From NCBI GenBank assembly GCA_050013475.1, contig JBEKFE010000016.1:5257-69256 (forward strand): a DNA stretch of 64,000 nt. Direction: 5' to 3'. The DNA comes from Bacteroidales bacterium (GTDB lineage Bacteria > Bacteroidota > Bacteroidia > Bacteroidales > VadinHA17). The first letter of the stretch is position 1, and each line of letters opens with the position of its first letter. The translations under genes and the position numbers were made by a program. This document shows positions 52,077 to 60,768 of the stretch, one piece after another. The notes beneath the pieces were generated by a model that was not told the DNA's origin, did not search any database, and worked only from the letters and a program-made list of their open reading frames with translations.

Positions 52077-53945
52077 ATGTCAGACAGCCCGTTTATATAT
52101 CGGTCTTCTGTAGTAATGATCGGAGGGGTGGCTCTTGGAGGAGACCATCCGATCAGACTGCAGTCGATGACGAACACCAACACACTTGATACCAGCGCTT
52201 CGGTAGCCCAGTGCATCAGGATCATCGAGGCAGGAGCTGATTTTGTCAGGCTTACTGCCCAGGGAATAAAGGAGGCCGAAAACCTTGCGAGCATAAAAAC
52301 TGCCCTGAAGAAAGCAGGATTTGAAACGCCTCTTATTGCAGACATACATTTCAATCCGGCAGCGGCTGAAACAGCAGCAGCGATCGTTGAAAAGATAAGG
52401 ATCAATCCCGGAAATTATGCCGATAAAAGAGCCTCATTCGAAAAAATTGAACTTACCGAAAAAGAGTACACCGGGGAGCTTGAGCGGATACATTCAAGGC
52501 TTCTCCCCCTGATAAATATCTGCAGGGCAAACAGCACAGCTATCCGGATCGGCGTGAATCATGGCTCCCTTTCCGACAGGATTATGACACGCTATGGCAA
52601 TACTCCTCTCGGAATGGCAGTATCTGCAATGGAGTTTATAAGGATTTTTCAGGCTGAGAATTTCAACAACTTGGTCCTGTCAATGAAATCTTCTGATATT
52701 GGCGTGATGATCGGATCGGTAAGGACAGCCATAAAAATGATGCAGGAGGAGGGCTTTGCCTGTCCGATACATCTTGGTGTTACCGAGGCAGGCGAGGGTG
52801 AGGATGGCAGGGTACGGTCGGCAGCCGGAATAGGAGCCCTGCTTACTGAAGGAATCGGAGATACAATAAGAGTCTCCCTTTCCGAAGAGCCCGAGAATGA
52901 GATACCTGTTGCACGGAAGCTTGTTCAATTTATACCGAGAGGTACATCAGCATCAAGACCGGTTAGGCCGGCAGCAATTAAATCACTTCCTGAAAAACCG
53001 GAAATTCTCAGGCAGATAAAAGGACCTCTTGTCATTGCCAACATGACGCAGTATGTCACCCTCAACCCTGAGGCTTACAGAGATGCCGGCTACACTGTTG
53101 ATGAGACATCAGGCACCATTGTCAGGGGTGATGGCGCAGCCGATATGATAATTGCACGCGATTGCCCGGAAGTGATCCCGGCAAAGGTATTGATGGTTGT
53201 ACCCTTTAAGATCTGGCTTCAAAACAGGGAACGTGAAAATCTCTTCCCGCTTTTCTCACCGGAGACATATACAGGATTACCTGACAGATCGGAAAAGCTT
53301 AACCTTCTTCTTACAGGTTCACATTTCAGTAAAGAACTCGTTGCCAGGATTGATCCCCCAACCTCTTTGCTGATCTTCACCTATGATCCGACGAAGGAGA
53401 GATATGCCCCTGAGAAGCTCTTCACAGCGCTTGATGAGACCGGCACACCTCTTAATGTAATTCTCAATCCTGTTTTTGCAGAAAATGATCCGGAAGATCT
53501 TATGGTTAAGGCTTCTTCGATCCTTGGTGCTTATCTTACCGACAGGAGGATCGCAGGTTTATCGGTTACCAACAGGGGAGAGATCCGCTACAATTGCATA
53601 AACAGATTATGTTTTTCGATCCTCCAGTGCACCGGAACGAGGATAACGCGAACGATCTATCTTTCATGTCCCACATGCGGCAGGACAAAATTCAACCTGC
53701 AGGAGGCCGTGAAAAAGGTAAGAGAAAAGACTGGTCATCTTAAGGGTCTAAAGATCGCGGTAATGGGCTGCATTGTAAACGGACCCGGCGAGATGGCAGG
53801 CGCCGACTGGGGATATGTGGGGGCAGCTGACGGAAAGGTTCATATCTATAAAGGCACCCTGCCTGTCCTTAAGAATATTCCCGAAGAAGTTGCAACTGAC
53901 GAGTTACTAAGATTAATACAGGAAGATATTAAATTAAAAGAATAA
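52077..53945 (+). CDS. ispG: 4-hydroxy-3-methylbut-2-en-1-yl diphosphate synthase (long, insert-containing form)
   Basis: N-terminal TIM barrel (IRINPGNY, GVNHGSL) and C-terminal 4Fe-4S cysteines (CPTCGRT, GCIVNGPGE). The 622-aa length fits the three-domain type. Confidence 0.93.
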   Translation: MSDSPFIYRSSVVMIGGVALGGDHPIRLQSMTNTNTLDTSASVAQCIRIIEAGADFVRLTAQGIKEAENLASIKTALKKAGFETPLIADIHFNPAAAETAAAIVEKIRINPGNYADKRASFEKIELTEKEYTGELERIHSRLLPLINICRANSTAIRIGVNHGSLSDRIMTRYGNTPLGMAVSAMEFIRIFQAENFNNLVLSMKSSDIGVMIGSVRTAIKMMQEEGFACPIHLGVTEAGEGEDGRVRSAAGIGALLTEGIGDTIRVSLSEEPENEIPVARKLVQFIPRGTSASRPVRPAAIKSLPEKPEILRQIKGPLVIANMTQYVTLNPEAYRDAGYTVDETSGTIVRGDGAADMIIARDCPEVIPAKVLMVVPFKIWLQNRERENLFPLFSPETYTGLPDRSEKLNLLLTGSHFSKELVARIDPPTSLLIFTYDPTKERYAPEKLFTALDETGTPLNVILNPVFAENDPEDLMVKASSILGAYLTDRRIAGLSVTNRGEIRYNCINRLCFSILQCTGTRITRTIYLSCPTCGRTKFNLQEAVKKVREKTGHLKGLKIAVMGCIVNGPGEMAGADWGYVGAADGKVHIYKGTLPVLKNIPEEVATDELLRLIQEDIKLKE

Positions 53946-54083
53946 ACCACGGAGTGACACAGAGTTAAAACGGAGTAACACTGTCCCGATAATCATAAAT
54001 ATTCAATAAATATTTCACTCCGTGCAACTCCGCGTTGTCCTCCCCCGATAGATCGGGGCAAGCTGTGAAACTCCGTGGTTAAA
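53945..54083. repeat. ORF-less word-stutter palindromic element (CACGGAG word type)
   Basis: The left arm aaccacggagtgacacagagttaaaacggagtaacactg (53945-53983) is 36/39 identical to 56466-56504. The right arm tcccccgatagatcggggcaagctgtgaaactccgtggttaaa (54041-54083) is 42/43 identical to 57085-57127. Confidence 0.8.
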
Positions 54084-54193
54084 TTCTTCGATTTGGATAA
54101 AAATCTCCCTCTCCTCCCATCACCCTTCCGCCTCGCGGAACTTCGTCACGGAGTTTATCCCGCAAAGCGGGGTTCCTTGTCTCCCACTCATTT

Positions 54194-56323
54194 TTATGCA
54201 AGCCGGTAGTCCAGCTGCTTTTTCTGAAGGTCGGCTTTTACGACTTCAATATCTATCCGGTCGCCAAGAGTGTAAACCTTCCCTGTATGCTTTCCCTTAA
54301 TGCAATAATTCTCCTCATCATACTCAAAATAGTCGTCAGAAAGCTCACGGATATGTATCATACCCTCGCACTGGTTTTCGATAATCTCGACATAAATGCC
54401 CCATTCGGTAACTCCCGAAATGACCCCTGCAAACACTTTCCCAAGCTTGTCGCTCATGAACTCGACCTGCTTGTATTTGATCGAAGCTCTCTCGGCTTCA
54501 GTAGCGAGTCTTTCCATTTTTGAAGAGTGCTCGCAGAGCTTTGCGTACTTGTCGTGACCCGTTGGTGTTTCACTGTCGAGATAGGCTGTAAGCAGACGGT
54601 GAACCATCATATCAGGATAACGGCGGATCGGAGAGGTAAAATGGGTGTAATGCTTAAATGCAAGTCCATAGTGCCCTATATTATCTGTTGAGTACACGGC
54701 TTTTGCCATTGACCTCAGGGCAAGTGTTTCGATTATATTCTGCTCCTTTTTACCGGTAACATCCTTAAGCAGCCTGTTCATTGCCTTGGGGAGAGAGGTC
54801 TCGGATTCTCCATCAAGCTTATACCCGAATCGCTTTATGAAATGACTGAATGAATTGATCTTATCCGGATCGGGCTTGTCGTGTATACGGTAAACGAATG
54901 TCTTCCCCTTTAATTTCTTACCGACCAGTTCGGCTACTTTCCTGTTTGCAAGAAGCATGAATTCCTCGATAAGCTGGTTTGCTGTTCCGAAATCGCGGAA
55001 CCTTATTCCGACTGGTTTCCCGTTTTCATCCAGATCGAACTGGACTTCAACCCTTTCAAAACCGAATGCTCCTGCAGCAAATCGCTTTGCCCTTAAAAGC
55101 CGTGAGAGCCTGTGAAGTACCTCCACCTGCTCTTTCATATCACCCTCACCAGAGTCGATCACCTTCTGGGCATCGCCATACGAAAACCTCTTATCGGAAT
55201 TTATGATCGTCCTGCCGAACCACTCCGACAGCACCTCTGCCTTGTCGTTAAGTTCAAATACTGCCGAATAGGTAAGCTTATCTTCATTAGGAATAAGTGA
55301 ACAGATATGGTTTGAAAGTCTTTCGGGAAGCATTGGTACCACCCTGTCGACAAGATATACGGATGTGGCTCTCTGCCTGGCCTCCTTTTCAAGCAGGGAT
55401 TCAGGTTTGACATAATAGGTGACATCTGCTATATGTACCCCTGCCTCCCAGTTCCCGTTTTCAAGCTTACGGAGTGAAAGGGCATCATCAAAATCGCGCG
55501 CGTCCGCAGGGTCGATCGTAAATGTGGGAATATTCCGGAAGTCCCTTCTCCCTTTCAGATCTTCTTCGGTTATCACTTCGGAGATAGACTCTGCAGCCTG
55601 CTCCACCTCTTCGGGGAAGTCGTAAGGAAGTTCAAACTCGGCCAGGATGGCATGGATCTCAGTCTCATGCAGGCCGGGATATCCGAGCACCTGGATTATC
55701 TCGGCTACCGGGTTTTTCGATTTCGGATCCCATTCGATCACCCTTGCCACTGCTTTCTGTCCCTGCAATGCACCGTTTATTTTGTTACCCGGGATAAACA
55801 GGTCGAAGGGCATGTTCTTGTTATCGGGCATTAGGAATGCAAAGGTTGGCATTATCTCGACCGTCCCGACGAATGTTGTTCTTGCTCTTTCAATTATTTC
55901 CACCACCTCACCTTCGGGTCTTGCTCCTTTTCGCTTTGCATAAAGCCACACTTTTACCTTGTCGCCGTGAAGGGCTGTTTTGAGGTTCTTTGCAGTCACG
56001 AACACATCCTCCTCCATCTCTTCTGTCGAGATGAATCCGTAACCCATCCTGGTAAGATCGACTGTGCCCGTTACATATCCTCTGGTGGCCCTGGCTCTGA
56101 ATTTGCCTTCATACAGCTCCTGGATAAGTCCCTGGTTTTTCAACTCTTTGAGTATATCGGGGATCAGTTTCCTCTCCGGTTCTTCGGATAGATTCAGCTT
56201 TTTTGATATCTGCTTATAATTGAAGCCTTTCCCGTCGCCTTCGGTAAGGATAGAAAGAACCTGTTCTGTAAGAATCTTTCTGGGGATGCCTGATTTCTTT
56301 CCCCCTTTGTGTTTTTTTGACAT
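54194..56323 (-). CDS. rnr: ribonuclease R
   Basis: 709 aa with cold-shock/OB domains, RNB domain motifs (DPADARDFDDA, YLVDRVVPMLP) and a C-terminal S1 domain. Confidence 0.93.
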   Translation of the reverse strand: MSKKHKGGKKSGIPRKILTEQVLSILTEGDGKGFNYKQISKKLNLSEEPERKLIPDILKELKNQGLIQELYEGKFRARATRGYVTGTVDLTRMGYGFISTEEMEEDVFVTAKNLKTALHGDKVKVWLYAKRKGARPEGEVVEIIERARTTFVGTVEIMPTFAFLMPDNKNMPFDLFIPGNKINGALQGQKAVARVIEWDPKSKNPVAEIIQVLGYPGLHETEIHAILAEFELPYDFPEEVEQAAESISEVITEEDLKGRRDFRNIPTFTIDPADARDFDDALSLRKLENGNWEAGVHIADVTYYVKPESLLEKEARQRATSVYLVDRVVPMLPERLSNHICSLIPNEDKLTYSAVFELNDKAEVLSEWFGRTIINSDKRFSYGDAQKVIDSGEGDMKEQVEVLHRLSRLLRAKRFAAGAFGFERVEVQFDLDENGKPVGIRFRDFGTANQLIEEFMLLANRKVAELVGKKLKGKTFVYRIHDKPDPDKINSFSHFIKRFGYKLDGESETSLPKAMNRLLKDVTGKKEQNIIETLALRSMAKAVYSTDNIGHYGLAFKHYTHFTSPIRRYPDMMVHRLLTAYLDSETPTGHDKYAKLCEHSSKMERLATEAERASIKYKQVEFMSDKLGKVFAGVISGVTEWGIYVEIIENQCEGMIHIRELSDDYFEYDEENYCIKGKHTGKVYTLGDRIDIEVVKADLQKKQLDYRLA

Positions 56324-56465
56324 TTTAAAAATTTTTGCAAAGTTAGCAAAATCTTAACCCATCCTATGTCTTCACAATTCTATTAATATCAAACTATTCA
56401 TAATACTTTGGGGATTTATATTAAGACTTCTAATCAATTGAATTTTGAATTGACTTTTAAGATAT

Positions 56466-56504
56466 AACCACGGAGTGACACTGAGTTATCACGGAGTAAC
56501 ACTG
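56466..56504. repeat. left arm of the gene-carrying word-stutter element
   Basis: aaccacggagtgacactgagttatcacggagtaacactg lies 75 nt upstream of the GxxExxY gene. Confidence 0.8.
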
Positions 56505-56579
56505 TTTTGAGATTAATAAAAATTTGGCATTTGTGTTAGAAATATTTTATCTTTATTATGTCTCGCTAAAACTATTTTT

Positions 56580-56957
56580 ATGCAGCTATTACATCAGGAA
56601 CTTACCAGCTCCATCTTAAAATGTGCTTATAAAGTACATAGTGCCCTTGGACCTGGTTTATTGGAATCTGCTTATGAAGAATGTCTTCATTATGAACTTG
56701 ATAAAATTGGTCTTTTTGTAATTAAACAAAAACCCATGCCGCTGGTTTATGAAGACAAAAAACTTGATCTTGGCTACAGAATTGATCTCTTTGTTGAAGG
56801 CAAAGTCATAATTGAGATAAAATCAGTAGAATCATTTAACCCTGTTCATATGGCTCAATTATTGACTTATTTAAAATTATCGGGCTGCAGAGTTGGCTTT
56901 CTAATTAATTTCAATGTACTTTCCTTGAAAGAAGGTATTCAAAGAGTAATAGTTTAG
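56580..56957 (+). CDS. GxxExxY protein (PD-(D/E)XK nuclease superfamily)
   Basis: 125 aa with the motif GLLESAY, then DLFVEGKVIIEIK (D..E.K nuclease-like core). This is the typical length and layout of the GxxExxY family. Confidence 0.85.
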   Translation: MQLLHQELTSSILKCAYKVHSALGPGLLESAYEECLHYELDKIGLFVIKQKPMPLVYEDKKLDLGYRIDLFVEGKVIIEIKSVESFNPVHMAQLLTYLKLSGCRVGFLINFNVLSLKEGIQRVIV

Positions 56958-56987
56958 AATTTATGCAGTAAATATTTATTAAATATT

Positions 56988-57150
56988 CCACTCCGTGTTT
57001 TACTCTTTGAGACTCCGTGGTTAAAACTTTTTCCCGGAATGACGGAGGTTGAAATGTCCCACTCCGTGTAACTCCGTGTTTTACTCCCCCGATAGATCGG
57101 GGCAAGCTGTGAGACTCCGTGGTTAAAACTTTTTCCCAGAATTACAGTGG
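56988..57150. repeat. duplicated right arms of the gene-carrying word-stutter element
   Basis: The first right arm is cactccgtgttttactctttgagactccgtggttaaaac (56988-57025). The second is the longer cccactccgtgtaactccgtgttttactcccccgatagatcggggcaagctgtgagactccgtggttaaaac (57058-57127). Each is followed by tttttccc(g/a)gaat. Confidence 0.8.
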
Positions 57151-57248
57151 TGGACTGAAATTTACAATCATTAACATTTTGAAGTTCAGAATTTCCCCGA
57201 TTATGTAGTTCCTCTGGCAGGTATCACCCCCGAAGCCGTATTTTTTTA

Positions 57249-57256
57249 TAAATTTG
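57249..57256 (+). promoter_or_regulatory. possible Bacteroidetes -7 promoter box
   Basis: TAAATTTG matches TAnnTTTG exactly and lies 22 nt upstream of the ATG at 57278. I saw no clear -33 TTTG, so support is weak. Confidence 0.3.
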
Positions 57257-57277
57257 ATATATAAACAGTTTGGAAAG

Positions 57278-57559
57278 ATGGATCTAAGATCGGTGCCCTC
57301 ACGCTCCCCTTCGGTTGTGACCCGGAAAACAGGAAATGAATATGTGCTTGTGCCTGTTACAGATAACATTGCCGATATGGACAGTGTTTATACTCTGAAC
57401 GAGACCGGTGCCTATATCTGGGAACAGATCGATGGCAACAGGACCATTTCCGATATCATTGCCCTTCTCACAGGTGAATTCGATATCGATAAAAAAACCG
57501 CTTCTGCCGACCTGCTTGACTTTTTAAGTAAAATGAGTGCCTATCTGATCATTAAATAA
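57278..57559 (+). CDS. PqqD-family peptide chaperone (RiPP recognition element-like)
   Basis: 93 aa. VVTRKTGNEYVLVPV...YTLNETGAYIWEQIDGNRTISDIIALLTGEFDID...ASADLLDFLSKM is the classic PqqD layout. The ATG at 57278 is preferred over the TTG at 57254. Confidence 0.8.
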   Translation: MDLRSVPSRSPSVVTRKTGNEYVLVPVTDNIADMDSVYTLNETGAYIWEQIDGNRTISDIIALLTGEFDIDKKTASADLLDFLSKMSAYLIIK

Positions 57560-57570
57560 GAGGAAGTATT

Positions 57571-57625
57571 GTCTTGCAGTCCTGCAGTCCTGCAGTCTTG
57601 CAGTCGTACCACTCCTTCGTACCGG
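57571..57625. repeat. 8-nt stutter repeat between the PqqD and kinase genes
   Basis: The units are gtcttgca gtcctgca gtcctgca gtcttgca gtcgtacc actccttc gtaccgg. Confidence 0.7.
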
Positions 57626-57637
57626 TAACTATTTATA

Positions 57638-58525
57638 ATGAAAAGCTATAATCTGAATATTGCTGATTATAAAATTAAGATCGAATCTGCGGAAAAAGGG
57701 TTGGAACTGGTGCCTTCAGAAAGATTCGCCGGATATATCTGTTCAGATGAAAATTCGGATATTTCAATAAAGGTCCATCCGGAAGCTTACCGGCTACCCG
57801 ATGGCACCGAAAGGGTGTTTCATGCACCGCTCGTTGAAGAGATCGACGGGTCATATATTCAGAAGGATGATAACTTCTGGAGCATTTACAGGCATCGCTC
57901 CGACCTGTTTATAAAAACCATATTTCCCTATGCGGGGTCAGAAAAGAAAGCTGTTCTGAAATTCTCCCTCACCAGCCGGGAATGGGACCTTTATTTTGAG
58001 GGAGCCGGATCCTCTACCGATCCGCTTGATTACCCGCTCGACGGACTTATCCTCTATTATCTTGCCGCAATGAACGGTGATATAATGGTCCATGCCTCCG
58101 GGGTGAACTATGCCGGGAAGGGATACATTTTTTCAGGGGTATCCGGCAAAGGAAAAACCACGATGGCAGGCTTATGGAACAAGACAGGCAGCATGGTCAT
58201 CCACGACGACAGGCTGATAATCAGGAATATTGACGGAAAATACTTCATGTATAACACTCCCGTCTATAAAAATGACCTGCCCTCACAGTCGGAGATATCC
58301 AGGATATTCCTGATAAATCACGGAAAGGAGAACAGGCTTGTTCCCTTAAAGGGCGCCCGGTCAGTAAGCCTTTTTCTGGCCAACTGCATACAGCATAACT
58401 GGAACAGTGAGCTCATTGCCAGGCTTATTGGTTCTGTATCAGTAATGTGCTCCACGCTTCCTGTCGCACAGCTTTTCTTCAAACCCGACAAAAGCATAAT
58501 TGATTTTATCCTCTATTATGAATAG
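57638..58525 (+). CDS. HPr kinase/phosphorylase-like (HprK-related) serine kinase
   Basis: The C-terminal half has MVHASGVNYAGKGYIFSGVSGKGKTTMAGLW, the HprK C-terminal-domain P-loop context. 295 aa. Confidence 0.75.
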   Translation: MKSYNLNIADYKIKIESAEKGLELVPSERFAGYICSDENSDISIKVHPEAYRLPDGTERVFHAPLVEEIDGSYIQKDDNFWSIYRHRSDLFIKTIFPYAGSEKKAVLKFSLTSREWDLYFEGAGSSTDPLDYPLDGLILYYLAAMNGDIMVHASGVNYAGKGYIFSGVSGKGKTTMAGLWNKTGSMVIHDDRLIIRNIDGKYFMYNTPVYKNDLPSQSEISRIFLINHGKENRLVPLKGARSVSLFLANCIQHNWNSELIARLIGSVSVMCSTLPVAQLFFKPDKSIIDFILYYE

Positions 58526-58970
58526 TAAAAAGAATTTCCGCGATTCGGTAAAGAATATCGGTACCTCCCTGCTTTCGGAAGGGACAACCATCAGGATAAA
58601 GGCTCACGGGTACAGCATGTATCCGTCAATCAAGCCCGGTTCTCTCATAATTATTGAACCGCTAAGGGTAAAGGGCGATCCGGTAAGGGGAGAGATCGTT
58701 GCAATTAAAAGGGAGAACGGACTTGTTGTGCACCGGATAGTTAAGATCCTCATCAAAAACGGGGTAAGATATTACGTGGCCCGCGGCGACAGCAATGCCT
58801 ATGCCGATCATCCTGTACCTGCTTCCTCCATCGCAGGAAGAGTGATAAAAGCAGAGGCAACAGGTGAAAATCCTCATCCGGCAGATATTGCAATAAATAA
58901 GAGACCAAGTTATTTCCTTAACAGGATAAGAGTTATTTTTATAATGATCCGTAAGAAGCTTGGTTCATAA
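58518..58970 (+). CDS. S24/S26-family Ser-Lys peptidase (signal-peptidase-I-like)
   Basis: The catalytic serine motif HGYSMYPSI, then GEIVAI, VHRIVK (lysine region) and GDSN. The ATG at 58518 overlaps the kinase stop by 8 nt. Confidence 0.7.
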   Translation: MNSKKNFRDSVKNIGTSLLSEGTTIRIKAHGYSMYPSIKPGSLIIIEPLRVKGDPVRGEIVAIKRENGLVVHRIVKILIKNGVRYYVARGDSNAYADHPVPASSIAGRVIKAEATGENPHPADIAINKRPSYFLNRIRVIFIMIRKKLGS

Positions 58971-60768
58971 AACCCGCGAATTGAAGAAAGTTAAGCTATT
59001 CACAAAATCGCTGAGGCTCGTATGGGTAAGCGCTCCTCTCTGGGCTACCGTCAATGTGGTGGTCTCAGTGGTCAGAAGCATCCTGCCGCTTGCCCTGGTC
59101 TTTCTTGTCAAATATCTTATTGATGCAATTACATCAAGAGCCGGCAGCGCCAATGATCATTCTTTAATGCCTGTATTATACCTTATTATCGCTGTTGTGG
59201 CCGTATTTTTCCTGGATGAGATCTCTTTCGAGTTTTCAAATTTTGTCAGGAAAAAGCAGTCCCTCAGGCTCGAATCATACATGTACGACCTTCTTCATAA
59301 AAAATCGGTGAGCCTCGATCTTATAAATTTTGAAAATCCCGCCTATTTTGATATTCTTTCCAGGGCCTCCAGGGAGGCTACCTGGCGTCCGGGCAATATC
59401 CTGAATAATCTTGTTTCTGTCTTCAGGGGACTGCTGTCGCTGCTGCTGATGTCGGGCCTGCTGGCATCACTAAGCTGGTGGGTCGTGCTGCTTCTTCTGG
59501 TTGTAAATATCCCGGGGGTATGGCTGAGGCTCTGGTTTGCGGATATCCTTTATAACTTCCAGCGCGATCAGACTCCGGAAGCAAGAAGATCGGCCTATTA
59601 TAACTGGATACTTACAGGCGACAGGCCATCGAGGGAACTGAGGCTGTTCGGCCTGGGAAATTATTTCATTTCACTGTTCAGGGAATCATTCACAAGGCAG
59701 AAGGAGGAGGAGATCAATATCCTGAGAAAAAGGACAATTATCGAGACCATATCCACCCTGTTCAAAGCTGCAGCCCTGTTTATTGTTCTGTACGAGGTGG
59801 CGGTCAGAACAATTTCCGGCCGTCTGTCGCTCGGACAGATGGCAATGTTCATCCTGGCGTTCCGCCAGGGGATGATGTATATCAGGGAGACATTCAGCTC
59901 CCTTGCCTCACTGTATGAAGACAGCCTTTTCATTGGCGATACCTTTGAATTCCTGGATCTGAAGGAGAATATCACCGCCCTGCAGCCTGAAGTAAAGCCA
60001 GTTCCGCTCATATCAGAGATCGAAGCAGGAGGAGTTACCTTTACCTATCCTGGCAACAGCAGGCCTGCGATCAGTAATGTATCCTTTAAAATAAGGAAGG
60101 GAGAAGTTGTCGCACTTGTCGGTAACAACGGTTCGGGAAAGAGCACGCTTGTGAGGCTGCTTTGCAGGCTTTATGACCCCGATAGCGGACAGATACTTTA
60201 CGACGGGGCAGATATCCGGAATATGGATCCCGGGACTTACCAGAAAATGTTCTCTGTGGTTTTCCAGGATTTCATGCTTTACAACCTCAGCGCCGGTGAG
60301 AATATCAGACTTGGGAATATTGACGGTCAGGGATCTCAGGAGAAGATCGAATCTTCAGCTTCCATAACCGGGGTTGATGATCTTGTCAGGAGTCTTCCCA
60401 GGGGTTATGATACCGTTATAGGCAATCTGTTCGACGACAGCCGTGAACTAAGCTGGGGCGAATGGCAGAAGATTGCAATTTCCAGGGCGTTGTACCGTGA
60501 TGCTCCCGTGCTCATCCTCGATGAACCTTCTAGTGCGCTCGACGCCGGCACTGAATATGAGATCTTCAGCCGCTTCAGGGAGATCGTAAGAGGAAGGACA
60601 GCGATACTTATAAGCCACAGGTTCACAAATGTGAAGCTGGCCGACCTCATCATAGTGCTCGATAACGGGGTTGCAGCGGAGAGCGGATCGCACGATGAGC
60701 TTATGAAGAGACAGGGTATCTATTATAATATGTACCTGAAACAAAGCAGCCGCTTCGGTGATGAGTAA
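58960..60768 (+). CDS. ABC exporter, fused permease/ATPase
   Basis: A 6-TM exporter domain, then Walker A GNNGSGKST, signature LSWGEWQKIAISRA and Walker B LILDEPSSALD. There is no N-terminal C39 peptidase domain. The start is non-ATG (TTG at 58960 or 58981). Confidence 0.85.
   Translation: MVHKTRELKKVKLFTKSLRLVWVSAPLWATVNVVVSVVRSILPLALVFLVKYLIDAITSRAGSANDHSLMPVLYLIIAVVAVFFLDEISFEFSNFVRKKQSLRLESYMYDLLHKKSVSLDLINFENPAYFDILSRASREATWRPGNILNNLVSVFRGLLSLLLMSGLLASLSWWVVLLLLVVNIPGVWLRLWFADILYNFQRDQTPEARRSAYYNWILTGDRPSRELRLFGLGNYFISLFRESFTRQKEEEINILRKRTIIETISTLFKAAALFIVLYEVAVRTISGRLSLGQMAMFILAFRQGMMYIRETFSSLASLYEDSLFIGDTFEFLDLKENITALQPEVKPVPLISEIEAGGVTFTYPGNSRPAISNVSFKIRKGEVVALVGNNGSGKSTLVRLLCRLYDPDSGQILYDGADIRNMDPGTYQKMFSVVFQDFMLYNLSAGENIRLGNIDGQGSQEKIESSASITGVDDLVRSLPRGYDTVIGNLFDDSRELSWGEWQKIAISRALYRDAPVLILDEPSSALDAGTEYEIFSRFREIVRGRTAILISHRFTNVKLADLIIVLDNGVAAESGSHDELMKRQGIYYNMYLKQSSRFGDE

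Noticed and set aside
53945-57150. The palindromic elements as integron attC sites / gene cassettes
   Set aside because: There is no intI integrase or attI nearby. The arms flank the cargo on both sides instead of forming one attC at the 3' end. The GGTTAA termini only loosely resemble the GTTRRRY core. Copies are scattered among housekeeping genes rather than arrayed.
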